From Moniliella sp. 'wahieum' (taxonomy: Eukaryota), in NCBI GenBank assembly GCA_003971905.1, contig RSEE01000035.1:1-64000 (forward strand): a stretch of DNA of 64,000 nt, given 5' to 3'. Shown piece by piece: positions 13,704 through 26,845 of the stretch (position 1 is its first letter; each line of letters opens with the position of its first letter). The notes beneath the pieces were generated by a model, which worked only from the letters and a program-made list of their open reading frames with translations, did no database searches and was not told the origin of the DNA. The translations under genes were made by a program, and so were the position numbers.

Positions 13704-13820
13704 GTGAACCGTCGCCCTTTCATGTTGAGCCTGCGGCTTTTATCAATCGTCGTCCTTGCATGTTGGGCCTGCGGCTTTTGTGATGAACCGTCGCCCTTCC
13801 ATGTTGGACTGTGGCTTTTG
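13704..13820. repeat. Three degenerate tandem ~39-bp units
   Basis: aaccgtcgccctt(t/c)catgttg(a/g)(g/a)c(c/t)g(c/t)ggctttt repeated three times head to tail. Confidence 0.75.
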
Positions 13821-16537
13821 TACATGACACCCTCTGGTGGGATTGGATCGTGTCCGATCTTCGACTGGAGGCCCATCATATAACACCTATGATGGTGAAA
13901 AGTCGTTTTGTCACTGCCACCGCTACGCTCGTAGTGCTTAACCTGCCCACCGGCTGCAAGAGAATAACTCAAGATGAGTTGTAAATTGACTTGTAAGTTT
14001 TGTCTTGTTTGAAGACTATGTATATGTTGTGATGCGAACCTGTCTTTCTTCTGTGTTGGCGGCGTCGAAATGTCGTCCTGGTGGCATCTCTCATTGACTC
14101 ATCCCCATTAGCCAGCCGGCCTGCTTTTGCTTCGACATCAAACGGACGACCACCGAAGCCAGCATTGTCGTGTACGCTTGCACAAAAGCCACCGGCAACC
14201 CTCCAATCGGAGACCAAGTTGAAGGCCGAAGGGGGGTGGAAGGGGGGGCGTAGGATCGGCGAAGTGAGTTTTTTCTACCCTTAGGCCTCAAAACAACTCG
14301 CGGCAAAAAGGTGCAGGCGTGAAAAAATTTCCGTTGTATATTTTCCCAATTTAACCTCGCGCCACCCGTGTGGCCCTCGCCGGCAGATGTCACGTGTCAC
14401 TGTGTGTGAGAGCATCCATGACGCCGTCTGTTTGCACTCTGCTGCACGACCCCTCTACCACATGCCCTCTCTCAAAGATATACAAGTACTACTAAGTGGC
14501 CGCTACAACCCCTTGCCTCTCAGACAACAGAAACTCTGTTTAGCTTTGCTATTGACCACAGCACGGGTGACGTTCAGTTCCTCGCGGGCCGGGCATTATC
14601 ACCGGTGACCGGCTGTCGCCGACAGAGACGTACCATTACTCAGTATCTCTCGAAACACGCACCAAATCGTCGTGCGCAGTGGGCGCTGTATCTGGTTGTC
14701 CCTCCCCTATAGGCCCCAATGCGCCATGTGGCAGTTTCGTAATGAGGGCGGCCCAACAAAACCACTCACCATACGTTTAACAGCACGTATAACGTGCCAG
14801 TGAGGTACCATGCTAAAGCATATCTGCCCCTTATAGGGGGGGGTAGCTATATGGGAGAGCCGAGTTGTATATATGCCCGGCACGACACGAAGCCGTCGCG
14901 AGGAATTCGTCTCTCTCGTCTTTCCTGTTCATCACGGACATGAAGGGCCCTCTCCCCCCCCACCCACACTGCTCCCATGAAGACCGTCAACCAGGGTTGG
15001 GGATGGCCCAGCAGCAAGGCATTAGAAGAGGCCGAGATGTTGGCCTTCCCCCATTGGCAAGGGCTGCATCAAACTCAACCCCTCGTCGCGATGGAAGAGG
15101 CTACGCATTGTACTAAGGTCACGGATTCTCTCCTTGTCCCGTGTCTCCCTCTCTTCGGACCCGAACTCCCCTCGCCAATCATGTTGACCGAGGAAATGTC
15201 CACCAGTGGGCATCACCTACGTCGGAATGTCGTGTGGCAAGTAACAGCCTATCATGTTATGCCCCCCTCCTTCGGTCGGCTGCCTTGCGGGGCAGAAGAA
15301 AAGAAACGGTGTTGGAGAGGGGTTACCTCCCAAAGGTGCCGATCCAACGGTTTTGCTCGTGACCCCATCCAATCCGAACAGCTGTGGACGTCTGGGTCCC
15401 TCTCCGCATCCCCACAGGAGCATCTGACTTCCTCCGACCCGGCTGGCAAGACTCATTTACGGGAGTACTCTACTAAGAACGAAGAACACCCTCCGCAATG
15501 ATCAACATTACAGTTGGGGGTCCAACCGCAATCTGTTCCCACGGCCGCCGGTAGCACTGCCTCGACGGGCAACGGGGCCAAAACAGGTCTCGTCTTGGAC
15601 CTAAGCGAGAGTGGACTCGCAGACCAAGTCTTTGAGTGTCAATGGGGTGGAGTCAGGTGCAATACCGCAGTGCCCTTCGCCTCGTGACCATGTAAAGCGA
15701 AAGCATCTTGCGCTCCTTCTTCCTCCCGATGTGAAACCAGCCTCCGATGCGCAGGTTCATCAGCCCAGCCATCAGTACCAGCCCCCCCCACCTCCGTTCC
15801 CTCCGACCCATTCATTCACACCAGCTGGCCAGGAAGGTGCAGCCTAGCGAGGGACTTTCGACTGTTGAATAATGACACAGGCAACACTGTTCCATTCACC
15901 TTTTCTCGACTCTTCTCTTCTTCCGATCATTCCCAGGACCTTCCCTACTACTTCTCCGAACTCTTTCCTTCTCCATCGTTTCCGATGTTCTTCTGTACCG
16001 CCCTCGACGGTTTCATTTTTGTCCATACGGCGGACTTCGTCAGTCCGCTTTAAGTTTCCCTCTCTCGCATGCGCAGTTGCTCGGCCTCACTTATTTTTGT
16101 ATTCATATCCCTTTTGCCGTTCTCTCGTCTATGTACGTGGCTTGTTACATTTTAATTGCATCTCCATCATGATCAACCGCATCCGTCTTTCGTTAGAAGT
16201 TAGTGGGTCTCTCCCCCTTGTGTATCTCCGACCGTCTCTCGCATCCCCAGACTATCACAAAAGAGCGAACGTTGTCGGTATCAAACATGCTTTTGCTGGG
16301 GACGACCAGGGGCACCTTGTTCTTTTCGTGAGAAAATATTCATTGACACCACAGCTGATGCTTCATGATTGGTTTATGATGGAACGGGGGCACACAGTTG
16401 GTCGGTATCGTCTCTGAACTGCATTATCATCATGCAGCCCGCGAACTGCTCGAATATGGGTTGTGGAGCGACACAAAATGGACAGGAATGTTGGGACAAA
16501 TCACGGAGAAACGATGAATATTGATTGACAATAAGCA

Positions 16538-18050
16538 TCAATTCGAACAAATAGAAGAGAAAGGAGGATGAAGGAAAAGGGGAGAGGGAATGAGAGGGAG
16601 AAAGGGGATGGCACGGGCAAGAGGCGTTTGGGCAGCACTCTTCGGGACCCCTAGCGCTGGCGCAACTCGCCGCTGTGGTCGGAGGCTAGAGCCGTGGTGG
16701 CTTTCGCAGGAGCACAATTGCGCCTCTGTAGACTCCGCAATCTGGGCACTGTGCTCCATAGCACGCGTCTCTTGGACTTGCTTCTGGAGGGCGATCAGTT
16801 GCTTTTCAAATTGGCGGCCAAAAACTTCAATGTAGAAACTGCCGCCATTGTAAGTCGCAACAACAAAGATTACCACCAAAAACCCTGTGGCGATGTGTTG
16901 GTGCCGATAAAAGATGAGCGGGGCAGGGAGGATCGAGAGGAAAGTGTAGACAAATTGGATAACTAGAACCAGCGAACGGGGGTCAGTATGATAGATACAA
17001 GAGCAAAAGAAGTAACGGAAGCATGCAACGCACACATGAAAAAGGGTTCGCGCCATTTGTTTGGCACCGACGAGATGAGATGACCAATCGCTCCCTTGCC
17101 AGAGCTCATAGTCGAAAACGAGTTGATGCGCTTGCCGGAACGGATCTTCTCCCGCTTACGGTAGGAGATGAAGTAGTAGTACCCAGCTTGCCACAGTGCA
17201 TAGACAACAAAGCAAAATCCGATCGAGGTGCCCAGGTCCAGCGATGCGGTTGCGCGGCCGCGGGTACGCTTGGCTCCGTTCTTCGTCAGAAAGCAGCAAA
17301 AGTGGATGTGTGGAAGACGACGGGCGGGGTCATGTGGATAAACACGCTGGTCATCTTATCAATGTTGTGCAGGACGAGGCTGTTGCGCCATGCGGCTACG
17401 AAACAGCAAGGGACCGTGGGCGGAAGCAGTACGACACGGTCCAGAGGAACTTGGAGTCGGGGGCGATCCAGAGGTAGGTGAGGGGCAAGCAGGTTGGACG
17501 CATAGCAATAGTCCAGTAAAAAGTAGCCCCATGGCCGCTGGATGCATACTGGTAAAAAAGCAAGTGGCAGATACACTGCTGCCAGCCCCGTATACATCAC
17601 CGGCACCCATGTAGGCCGACCAAAGATGGCCATGGAAAACCCAACAATGATCATGACGCCCATAACAACGACACCACTTGTGCGAAGGAAACGCACGTTG
17701 CGCGTATCGTTCCAGCTCTCGGACAGGACATCGATCCGCTTCCCCACATCCTCCGGAAGCGCTGGAGGTCTTCATGGAACTTTTGGCTCTGTTCGTGGTG
17801 CAATGGGAGGCATGCTCGGCAGCATGCTGCACCCGGCTCAGTGCTGCATTCTTAGCTCATTCGCGCGTGAGGGCAGGTCTGCCTTAGATGATGCAGGTGA
17901 AGCGGCGTGGTCGATCGAGTTGGGCGCCGCGGCGGTGAAGGTATTCGAACAGGTCCAGTAGGCCCGAGCTGCCCTCTTCTGCGTCCGAGTCGCTGTGGCG
18001 TCGATGTCCACGATGCTCCCGAGGCTGCTGCCCCACGTCTGACCGGACAT
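16538..18050 (-). CDS. GPC1: Glycerophosphocholine acyltransferase (DUF2838 family)
   Basis: WGYFLLDYCYASN, AWRNSLVLHNIDKMTSVFIHMTPP, ATYNGGSFYIEVFGRQFEKQL; multi-TM. 3' end uncertain because of frameshifts. Confidence 0.85.
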
Positions 18051-18780
18051 GGTTGTGGTGGGGAGTGTCAAAGCGGGGGGAAGAGGGGGATGGATGGGAT
18101 GCAGTGGGACTCGTGGGAAGGGGCGTGTGTGCCTTGAAGGACCCTGGCGCGTCTGTGGCTCTTCTGGGGCCCCTGAGGCGGCCTGTCCAGGGTTAAGATC
18201 CAAGTTTAAGTCTTAACCCTGGCGCAGCACCTCAACGGCAGGGGGCAACGTGGATCCATTGATTGAACGTTGAACGTTCAGTTCAGTTGAACGTTGAACG
18301 TTGAACGTTGCATGGACGTTGCATGGTGTTACTAAGTGCTAACTGAACGTTCAGGGCTGAACAATAATCCTGTGCAAAGCGGCACCGTTCCGCCCCTGTT
18401 CGCCCTACTGTCGCGCCTGTGGACTGCTTTCCCCTGTTAGCATCGCTTCTTCCCCTGCCTTGCTCCTTCAAATTGTCAACTTCTGCCGGCGGTTACGTGA
18501 GCATGTCGGCGCGGGGTAAATTTAAAGTCATTTTAGACCTTCTGTGACTCAGGGACAACGGCCCCCTTGCTGTGGTTATAGCCGCCTAGGCATACTTAGG
18601 GAATGCGTGGGACAACATATCCCATTTCATAGGGGGCTGAGGCGGAAGCGTGGCGAAGCCGCTGCCCGGCAATGCAGATGTGACTGGGGGGAGAGAGTAC
18701 TGAATGCGCGGGCCTGATGCATGGGGGATGAGACGGTGAGTTTATTGAGAATCCAGAAGATCGAGTCAAGTGCATGCCAG

Positions 18781-19042
18781 TGATGAGACCTGGAGTCCTG
18801 AGGCCTGAGGCCTGATGCACCTGATGGTCCTCAAAGGTGATGCAATCGCACTGGGGTTGGTGGTGGTGATCTAAGCCAGCCAGCAACGCCTACAGAGGAA
18901 CATCGAGCAGCGAGTCGCCACCAGTAGGGGCTAAGCTGCAGAACAAGGAAAAAAACAGGAGAGTGAAAATATGGAACTCCCAAGCCTGAGGAGGAACTGA
19001 AGGGACATTGGCCAAAGCACAGCCACCCGATGGCTCAACAGC
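18781..19042 (+). repeat. Dispersed ~260-bp repeat family, copy A
   Basis: Aligns by eye with 46959-47213 (+) and 33355-33571 (-). Shared blocks: tgatgagacctggagtc, caatcgcactg, ctacagagga, gcgagtcgcca, ctgaagggac(a/g)ttggc. Confidence 0.85.
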
Positions 19043-19838
19043 ATGTCCACGCCTCCCCGGAATTGGAATCGGCGATGACATGAATGACACCGTCTCTACT
19101 ATATGTGATGCCAAGCCACAGGGCGGGGAGGGGCAATATCGGAAGACAGGGAACGAACAATGGACGGGGAGTCGAAAGGGGGCACGGCCGCGGATATAGA
19201 AGGGTGGTACAACGGAAGCCGTGAGGGACGCGAGTCAAGCTGCAATAAGCTTGAAGCTCCGAACAATTGTCTCGAATTTGGTTCGGCCGCCTGTCGTATA
19301 GTTTTGCTAACAGGTAACCGGTAACCCCACCAACCCGCCGGCCGGTAACCCCGGTGACATGTGACATGCACAAAGCATATGCGTGATGTGATCGATGATC
19401 GATCATACAGATCATCGAGATCACGGCCACTGGCTAGTGTGTGGCTCCATGATGCATGATCTGATGCATGACACGCGACGCATGTGACATGTGACATGTT
19501 ACGGATTATCGATTATCTCCGCACGGCGAGTTTCGGAATTTGGAGGATGACTCTGTCGACACGGCCCTATACCGTGCGGCCTCTGGCAGAATTCTCACCA
19601 TGCTCTGTCAGGCTCTACCATCGTCATCGCCATCATCACGACCAGCCCTGGTAGCGTATAAAAGACAAGGCCTGGGCGGTACGCTTCGTAATATCAGCAT
19701 CCCCATCGTCAAATACCCGTTGGCACACCTTTGCTCGCTTCTTTCTGGGGTGCGTTGTGGGCCTCCTATCTACCCCCTCCATTCACTTTTTTCTTTGCTG
19801 ATCTCTTCGATGCGAGCAGTCCCAGTATCGTCCGCATC

Positions 19839-20635
19839 ATGTCACTTCCTACCCTGCCGTCCCCGCGGCCCGTGCGCCCGCGCCGCTGCGCCCAGCACAC
19901 AGGGCAAACGCATCGGACCGGCAATTGACTTTACGGGTGCCTTGGCACCCTCCCGTACGGAGCCATTGGTGGGCAAATATGTGAGCTTAGTGCCTCTGAA
20001 CTACGAAGCCCATCGCCCCGACTTGGTCGAGACGCTGTGGAAGATGACGGATGAAGGCCATTGGAACTACATGCCCCTGCATCCGGAAACGGAGGAAGCT
20101 TTCAACGCGTGGCTCAAGGAACGAGAGCAGGACTCGTCCATGTTTACCTACGCCATTCTTGCTTCGCCCGTCCAGCGTGGCGTGCCAGGCAGCAAGGACA
20201 CCCAACAACAAGTGGTGGGTATTATTGCGCTCATGCGTTTCGACTATGCGAACGGAACCGACGAGGTGGGGCATGTGCTGTTCAGCCCCTGTTGCAACGC
20301 ACTCGGTCCTCCACCGAGACAGTCTACCTTCTTCTTTCCCTTTCCTTTGAGAAGCTCAACGTGCGCCGAGTGGAATGGAAGGCGGACAATTTTAATGAGC
20401 CGTCGAAACGAGCAGCACAGCGATTTGGCCTGACGTTTGAGGGGTCTTCTACAACCATGTTATTTACAAGGGACGCTCCCGCGACACGGCGTGGCTGGCG
20501 ATGATTGATGGTGAATGGCCTGTGGCCAAGGCCGCATTTGAGAAATGGTTGGAGCCCGCAAACTTTGACGCTCAAGGCAACCAGATTCAAGACTTGGTCT
20601 CTCTTCGCCAACAGTTGGCCGCGCAACGCGGGTAA
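19839..20635 (+). CDS. GNAT acetyltransferase, RimJ/RimL-like (YIR042C-like)
   Basis: LVGKYVSLVPL, EVGHVLFSP, RRVEWKADNFNEPSKRAAQRFGLTFEG, YKGRSRDTAW, WLEPANFDAQGNQ across frameshifts. Confidence 0.88.
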
Positions 20636-21877
20636 TGAACTTTTGCGAAGGCCACGAAGGCCCATTGATGTTTTCTATATAGAAGTGGTTGTTAGTGATA
20701 CGACGTCGGGCCCGGAGGTTTGGCCCCGCAGGTATAGCCTGGAGCATCTCCGTTATTACGCGACAGCTTTTGTGAAGACAAAACCATTAAGCAACCCGGG
20801 ATGGGAAGTCGGGTGATGGGCGCTGAAGAACCGTTGAGGAGGTGATATGCAAATGAGACGGTGGTGGGATCTTCTGGTGGGGTGCGTGAACGATGTGGGT
20901 GAGCTCAGGGAGGGTCGTTAGAACGAGGCTTGTCCCAGGCAAGAACTAGGTCGAGGCCGCCGGGAACGTCTCTGCAACTCAGCTTCAGGCGTTGGTCTAA
21001 ACGTCCAGAAGAATTCAGACCAACGCCCACACACGTCCCACAGCCACTGTGGCCAACGCGAACGGCGCGTTGCACACTATCCTCCCCGCCTCCGCCACTG
21101 CCACCACTGCAGCCAGTGTTAATGTCTCCGCCGCTGTCTCCGCGCCCGCAGCGGCGAGGGCGGAGGCATTTCAGCGACCATGACGTTGACCTCATTATCG
21201 ACCCTCTCCGCTCCCACCAGATCACCCGAACTGTCTTCCCTCTCTCCCGAACTCGCCGACCCCTATCCATACCACACTTCTCCCGACTCTCGAGTCCTAT
21301 CGGTGGGATTGCGCTTTTGCCCTTCTCCCCTCGGGTGCCACCGGTTGCCATCGGGGTATAGTATTAAACCGTCCTTTGTAGTCTCCACACCGTAGTTGCG
21401 AGCAAGATGGTTGATGTTACGACCAGTGGAGTTGCTATATCTGTGATAGAGCACAGTAGGAAACTGAGGAAAACAGGTTTGGGACATAGCATTCATGTAA
21501 GAAAAAAAAACAATGCTGATACATATAATCGACAGATGAAAGTGCAAATACGTGAAGCGTGTGCGACGACAGGTGCGGATCAAGAAACGGAAGAGAGAGA
21601 TGAATGTGAGAGAGGGGGGGGAAGGAGGTGGCGACGATGAACGGCAGCGGAACGTGGGGGGACCAGGGCGGAGCAGCGCTGGTATCAATACCAACCACAT
21701 GCTAACTGCACAAACACCCGTCTCCAAGCCAATGGTCGACCGCTTCGGCATCAGAGAGAGATCTGCTAGCTCAACGCATGTCCCAACAAGGCGGGCTGTG
21801 GCTCGTAGGAGGAAAAGAACAGGTCGGAGGGTCGTAGAATGAAACCGGCGGAAAGGGGGAGGGGGAAATGCCACTCT

Positions 21878-24800
21878 TTAGGGCTTGAGTGTCGCTGATG
21901 AAGCGCCTTGGCGTTCCCATCGGCTGATGGGCAAGACAGCAGGGGAGGGGAGGACGATGCTAGAGCTGTGGGCCGAGTCGAAGGGCAACTGGTAAGTCGG
22001 GGAAGGGTCGGTCATCTTCTCCTCAACGGAACTTATAACCACGACGGAAACGCAATTGGCGAGCAGGCCAACCGGCATAGGTTTGGCCCGCCTCAGCAAT
22101 CTCCCCGGATGCCACGAGAGTGTGTTCGAGCAGGATCGAGTGGGGCTCCATACTCGCACCCGAGAGGAGACGCGATCCGGTGCGAAGGGCACAACCATCA
22201 CCAATACTCAACTTGTTGAGGCTAAATCGACCACGGGAGTTAAGGTGAGCAACCACCGAAGCGTCGTCAATGGCCACCCGGTTGCCGATCGTGACCAGTT
22301 CCGGCTCAGTGATTTGCAAGCTGGGCCGACCGCCGGCCCAGATGGCGCAGTCCTTGCCAATGTCAGCGCCAAGGAGGCGGAGATATGTGACGGCGTACCA
22401 GGTGCCCGAAATGCAGCCTAACAACCGCCCCCCAAATCCTTGACCTAGCAAGCGGGGAGAGAGAGAGGTGCAATTGCCAGCGCTGGCAGTAGGAGGATTG
22501 GTCCCAATCGTATCGCCCTTCCTGCCTTCTTCCGATGAGGAGCCACTTTGTCCCAATCACCCACGCAAACGCCAGCAACGCCTGCACCGTCATAATCACC
22601 ATAAACGAAAGTGCAAAAAAGACATAGACCAAAGCCGGGCGGTACCAATGGTCCGAAAGAGCCCGGGGGCCTTGTGGTCCCATTCTTTCCGGCATCGATT
22701 GAGGATGAGGATGGTGGCCGCAGCTGGTGTGGCCCAATACACGGTGCTTAGCACCGAGACGAACGTATTGATAAAGACAATAAGGGGATAAGGGATAACG
22801 AAGTAGGGCGCCTTCCGCTGATAAAACGCCCGCCCAAACGGCCGGATCGTCTCCTCTGGGTTGGGGGGAGGAAGAGATGTGCCAAAGCTAACGGCCTCGC
22901 CTTGCCGGTTACCCATCCAAACCGACAAGGGCTCATAGTACCCATTTCGCCTGGTCAGCGCGCCTGAGCCCATCACCGCGTACCGGTCCACCGTCGTTCC
23001 CGGCATCATCGTCACCCTGTCGGCTACCATCGCACCGGACGCAATCGAGATCCGGGCGAATCCGAGCGAATCCGATGTAACTAGTTCGGAGCGCGAACCA
23101 AACACAACGTCATGGCCTACCCTGAGCAGCTCGGGGTCGGGACAGTAGATGCCACTGCCAGGCCAGTAGACGCGGCGGCCAACTTGGGCGCCCATGGCCC
23201 GGTAGACGACCGAGGTCATTTCGTAGTGCGTGCCAATAACAGCAAACCCACGCCGGAGTTGGGGTTGGGATAACAATTCGGCGCATAGCCAACGGCGGAA
23301 GAGCACCCACTGCGACGCGTTTTGCATCGAACCTTCTTTGTTGAGCCCGAGAAAGAGACGTTTGACCACGATGCCAAGTAAGACCTCCGACAGCGGCGGT
23401 AGGCAGTTACGCACAATCCGCGCCACGTAGTGCCACTTGATACGCCGTCCGTAAGCAAACCAGGCGACAACACCCTTGACCGAATCGGAACGGCTAAAGA
23501 GGAACGGCTGAGAGGCAACATAAACAGGGAAGCAAACCAAGGTACGTAGCAGAGGAACATGATGCCATACTTGATTGGCAAGCCCAGGAGAAGAATGAGG
23601 AGCATGTGAGGCTGGGGAACCTCGCCCTTATTGTACGCTGCAAACGAGTCGGGTGAGGGTTGTTCATGGGGGAAGCTTGGGGTCCCCAGACTGTGCCGTC
23701 GGCGAGGTACGCGCCAGGACTGATCTGGGTATAGGTGTTAACGATGCACTGGCGGCCGACGATGATGGGTTCAAGCCGAAAGTACGAGTCGCGCTCGACG
23801 CAAAAGCCACGGAGGAGGAGCGATCGATGCGAGCACCATCAAGGATGGTCAGCAGGTCAAATTCGGCGAGTTTGGCAAACTTGTCGATCTTGACATCCTT
23901 GCCGATCGAAGCGCCAAGCAGACGATAGTAACACTGTCGCGTCCAGGGCGTCAAATTAAACAGTCCCTTGCCCGCCATGTCCAAGGATTGATTGACAATC
24001 CACCAGCGCAAGTAGTTGCACCACATGGGGTACTTCCCGGGCCGATAACGACCAATGACAAGCCATTTGAATGCAATTGCCGTGATGGGGCAGAGAATGC
24101 GACTGGAGAGGCCAGCGACAAAGAGGGACGCGAGCAGCACCCCAACCCGCTTCCAAAAGTTGTCATTGATGTAGTAGGCAGAAAACCCGAGACCGTGAAT
24201 GAGCACCGTCCAAGTCCACGCAGCTTTGAGGGGGTAAAAGTCATAAGAGGAAGCCATTGAATCAGGAGGACAAAGGGGTTGGTCTGGCTGCGCGCAGTTT
24301 GCCCGTGATTCGAAAGGTACTCCGGAACATCGCCATCGTCTTCGTAGGCATGAGCGGAGCTGCGCAGCAGACCCACATCTTCGTCCCAATACTCATCCTC
24401 CTCCTTACCCTCCTCGCCGTAGGACCCGAGCTGCTGATCGACCAAACCGGCAATCCCTTGTACCGTCGAATTGGTAAAGACCGACGAAACTTGCGCACAG
24501 CACCTGTCTCTTTCTTGATCGAATGGACCAATCGGCCAAGTAAAAGCGAGGTTCCGCCCAACAAGAACAAGTCTGACTCGGCCGTCAGGCCGGCGGGATC
24601 CATAGCAAGCAAATGGGCCATACAGTTGCGCACGATGCGGGCCGTCCTGCTCAAGTCGGCCGCACTAATCAACCGAACCTCCTCTTCCATCGTTTCAAAG
24701 TCGTACTTGCCATCTTTCGTACGGGCCAAGGGCTGGCGAAAACATGGAGCGGATTGGGAACAAGGTACCCCGGCAGTACCTTCGTTAGAGCATGGTCCAA

Positions 24801-26845
24801 GTCAGTCGCCTGGTACGGCGCAGCCTGAGCGAGACAAAGAAAAGCTTCAGGAGATCCATCGGGACAGAGACGAAGCGCAGCCTCGTGTACACCGGGTACG
24901 CGGTGGCACGCCTCTGCAATCACTCTCAAGTCCATGGCCACTTTCCTGCAAGGGATGGGGGCGGTGAGAGGGGCATTAGGGTCTGGCACCTGAGCTTCCC
25001 AGTGCCGCTCGGACAAGGGCGTATCGTCGGTCAATGGTCCCAGATTGAGACGCTGGCTGAGCTTGATGCGCAACGCTTTGCCCGCTTGGTTTTTGGGAAG
25101 ATCGTCCATATAGACCAGCGCAAAGGGCCATTTGGACGGATGGAGCACATCCCGCAATCTGTTTTGTAAGTCCAGCAGGCCAATTCGAGGCAAGTCGGGT
25201 TGAGGCACAATCACCACCCCAATCGTTTCCTGAAGCACAGTGTGGTCGATGGAGAAGGCCAGGGTAGCTTTAACCCTGTCCTTGAGGTGGGCCATAATGG
25301 CCTCCTCAATCTCCAACGGGGATATAACTTACCACCCTTGTTGATGATCTCTTTGGAGCGGCCTGTAATGAAGAGGAAGCCGTCCTGGTCCATGTGGCCC
25401 ATGTCCCCCGAGTCAAACCAGCCACCTGAAGTAAAGCAGGAAGTGTCTAGCGTGCCGTCCGGCAGTTCATACCCATCAAAAGTGGGAAGCCCGCGTACGC
25501 ACACGGCTCCTGTCACACCAATGGGCATGACGCGCTCCAGATTGGATGGGTCACGGATGGCCAAATCAGGGCCGCACGCCACACCGAGCACCAGGCCGAT
25601 TCAGACGGTACGATGTGGGTGGGGAGGCAATGGGCATACTGAACCACATTCACGGCAGACCAGACGAGAGTCAGCTTGCATCAAAAGTGTGTTAAGAAGG
25701 GCCAAAGACGTACCATTCGGTCATGCCATAAGAAGGGAGCACCGCACAATGAAACGTTTGACGCATTTGTGCCGCCAGGGACGGTAACAGGCCCGCAGCA
25801 GCATTCCCAATCATATTGATCTTGAGATCCCGCGCTGGATTGATTCCCGAGGGCTTGGTCGAGAGGATGGCATGGTGCTGGAGGTGCCGCGTAGTACCAC
25901 GTAGCACCCAAGCGTCGAGCGATGGTCCACAACTTGAGGGTCAAATCCCGCGCCATGATGGAGCTTCCGCCAGAGAGAAGGGGGCCCAAGTTGCGCACGA
26001 TGCCGCCGACATGGAAGAGAGTGGCATCATGTCACTACCAGTGCCAACAAGGAGCGGGGTTAGTATCTCGGAAAGACCAACACGATATGAAGACAGGGAA
26101 ATGGACGTACTGTTGACCGAATCAGGAGTGAGCTTCCATGATTCAACGACACAGCAGGTACCGACAATAAGATGCCGGAGCGTATAAGGACGACTTTTTT
26201 GGTGCCGGATGTGCCAGAGGTGTGGAGTACCAAGGCCTGGTCGCTTAAGCCATTTGGTCGCAGTGGGTTAGAGTGACGATCAGACGGCGCGGCAACAATA
26301 TGGCCCTGGTCAAGGACAGCAAGGTCGAACAGACCCGCTGGCCGGCGTGTCGGAAATCGACGAAAAATGATTCAATCCCCTCGGCATAGCGGGCAGCGAG
26401 TCGAGGCGCCAACTTTCGCGGGTGGTGACGATAGCCCGGGCAGAGAGGCGATGTGCATCGTCACGGATTTCTTCGGCAGTGCAAGCAGCGTTGACGGGGC
26501 GGCAGTGTGTAATAAGCTGCGATGGCCATCAAGACCAAAGCATTTTCTGGGCCCGTGGGCAGGGCAACGACCACACGGTCGCCGAGCGCAAGGGCCGGTT
26601 CAAGGTGCGGGTACTGGAGGGCAGGCGAAAGGAGGAGATGATCTGGCGCGCTGTCGCATGATCCAAGGCGGGCGCTCGAGGTCGGAGGACCAAAGCGGGG
26701 CGAGGACCATCGGCAAGACAGTACAGCAACGAGCGGACCCCCTGAGCGCCATCGGTAACGTAGGTCGATATGGTCACCAGAGAGGTCGTAGGACCCCGCT
26801 GCGGGAGGGGCGCAGGAAGGACCAAACACCGTCGGGGGCAGACAT
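21878..26845 (-). CDS. Membrane-bound NRPS-like enzyme: adenylation + carrier (T) + TM/hexapeptide-like terminal domain (polymalate synthetase / Pls-type architecture)
   Basis: A domain: LVLHTSGTSGTKK, PLFHVGG, ATWYYA, PSYGMTE, WFDSGDMG, ITGRSKEIINKGG, LPKNQAGK. T domain: FLLGGTSL (Ser codon ~24547). Three terminal repeats LLGASIGKDV, AMGAQVGRRVYWPG and LLGADIGKDCAIW, each preceded by TM segments (KWLVIGRYRPGKYP, KWLLIGRRQEGRY). Stop at 22023 or, with one frameshift, 21878. Confidence 0.88.
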
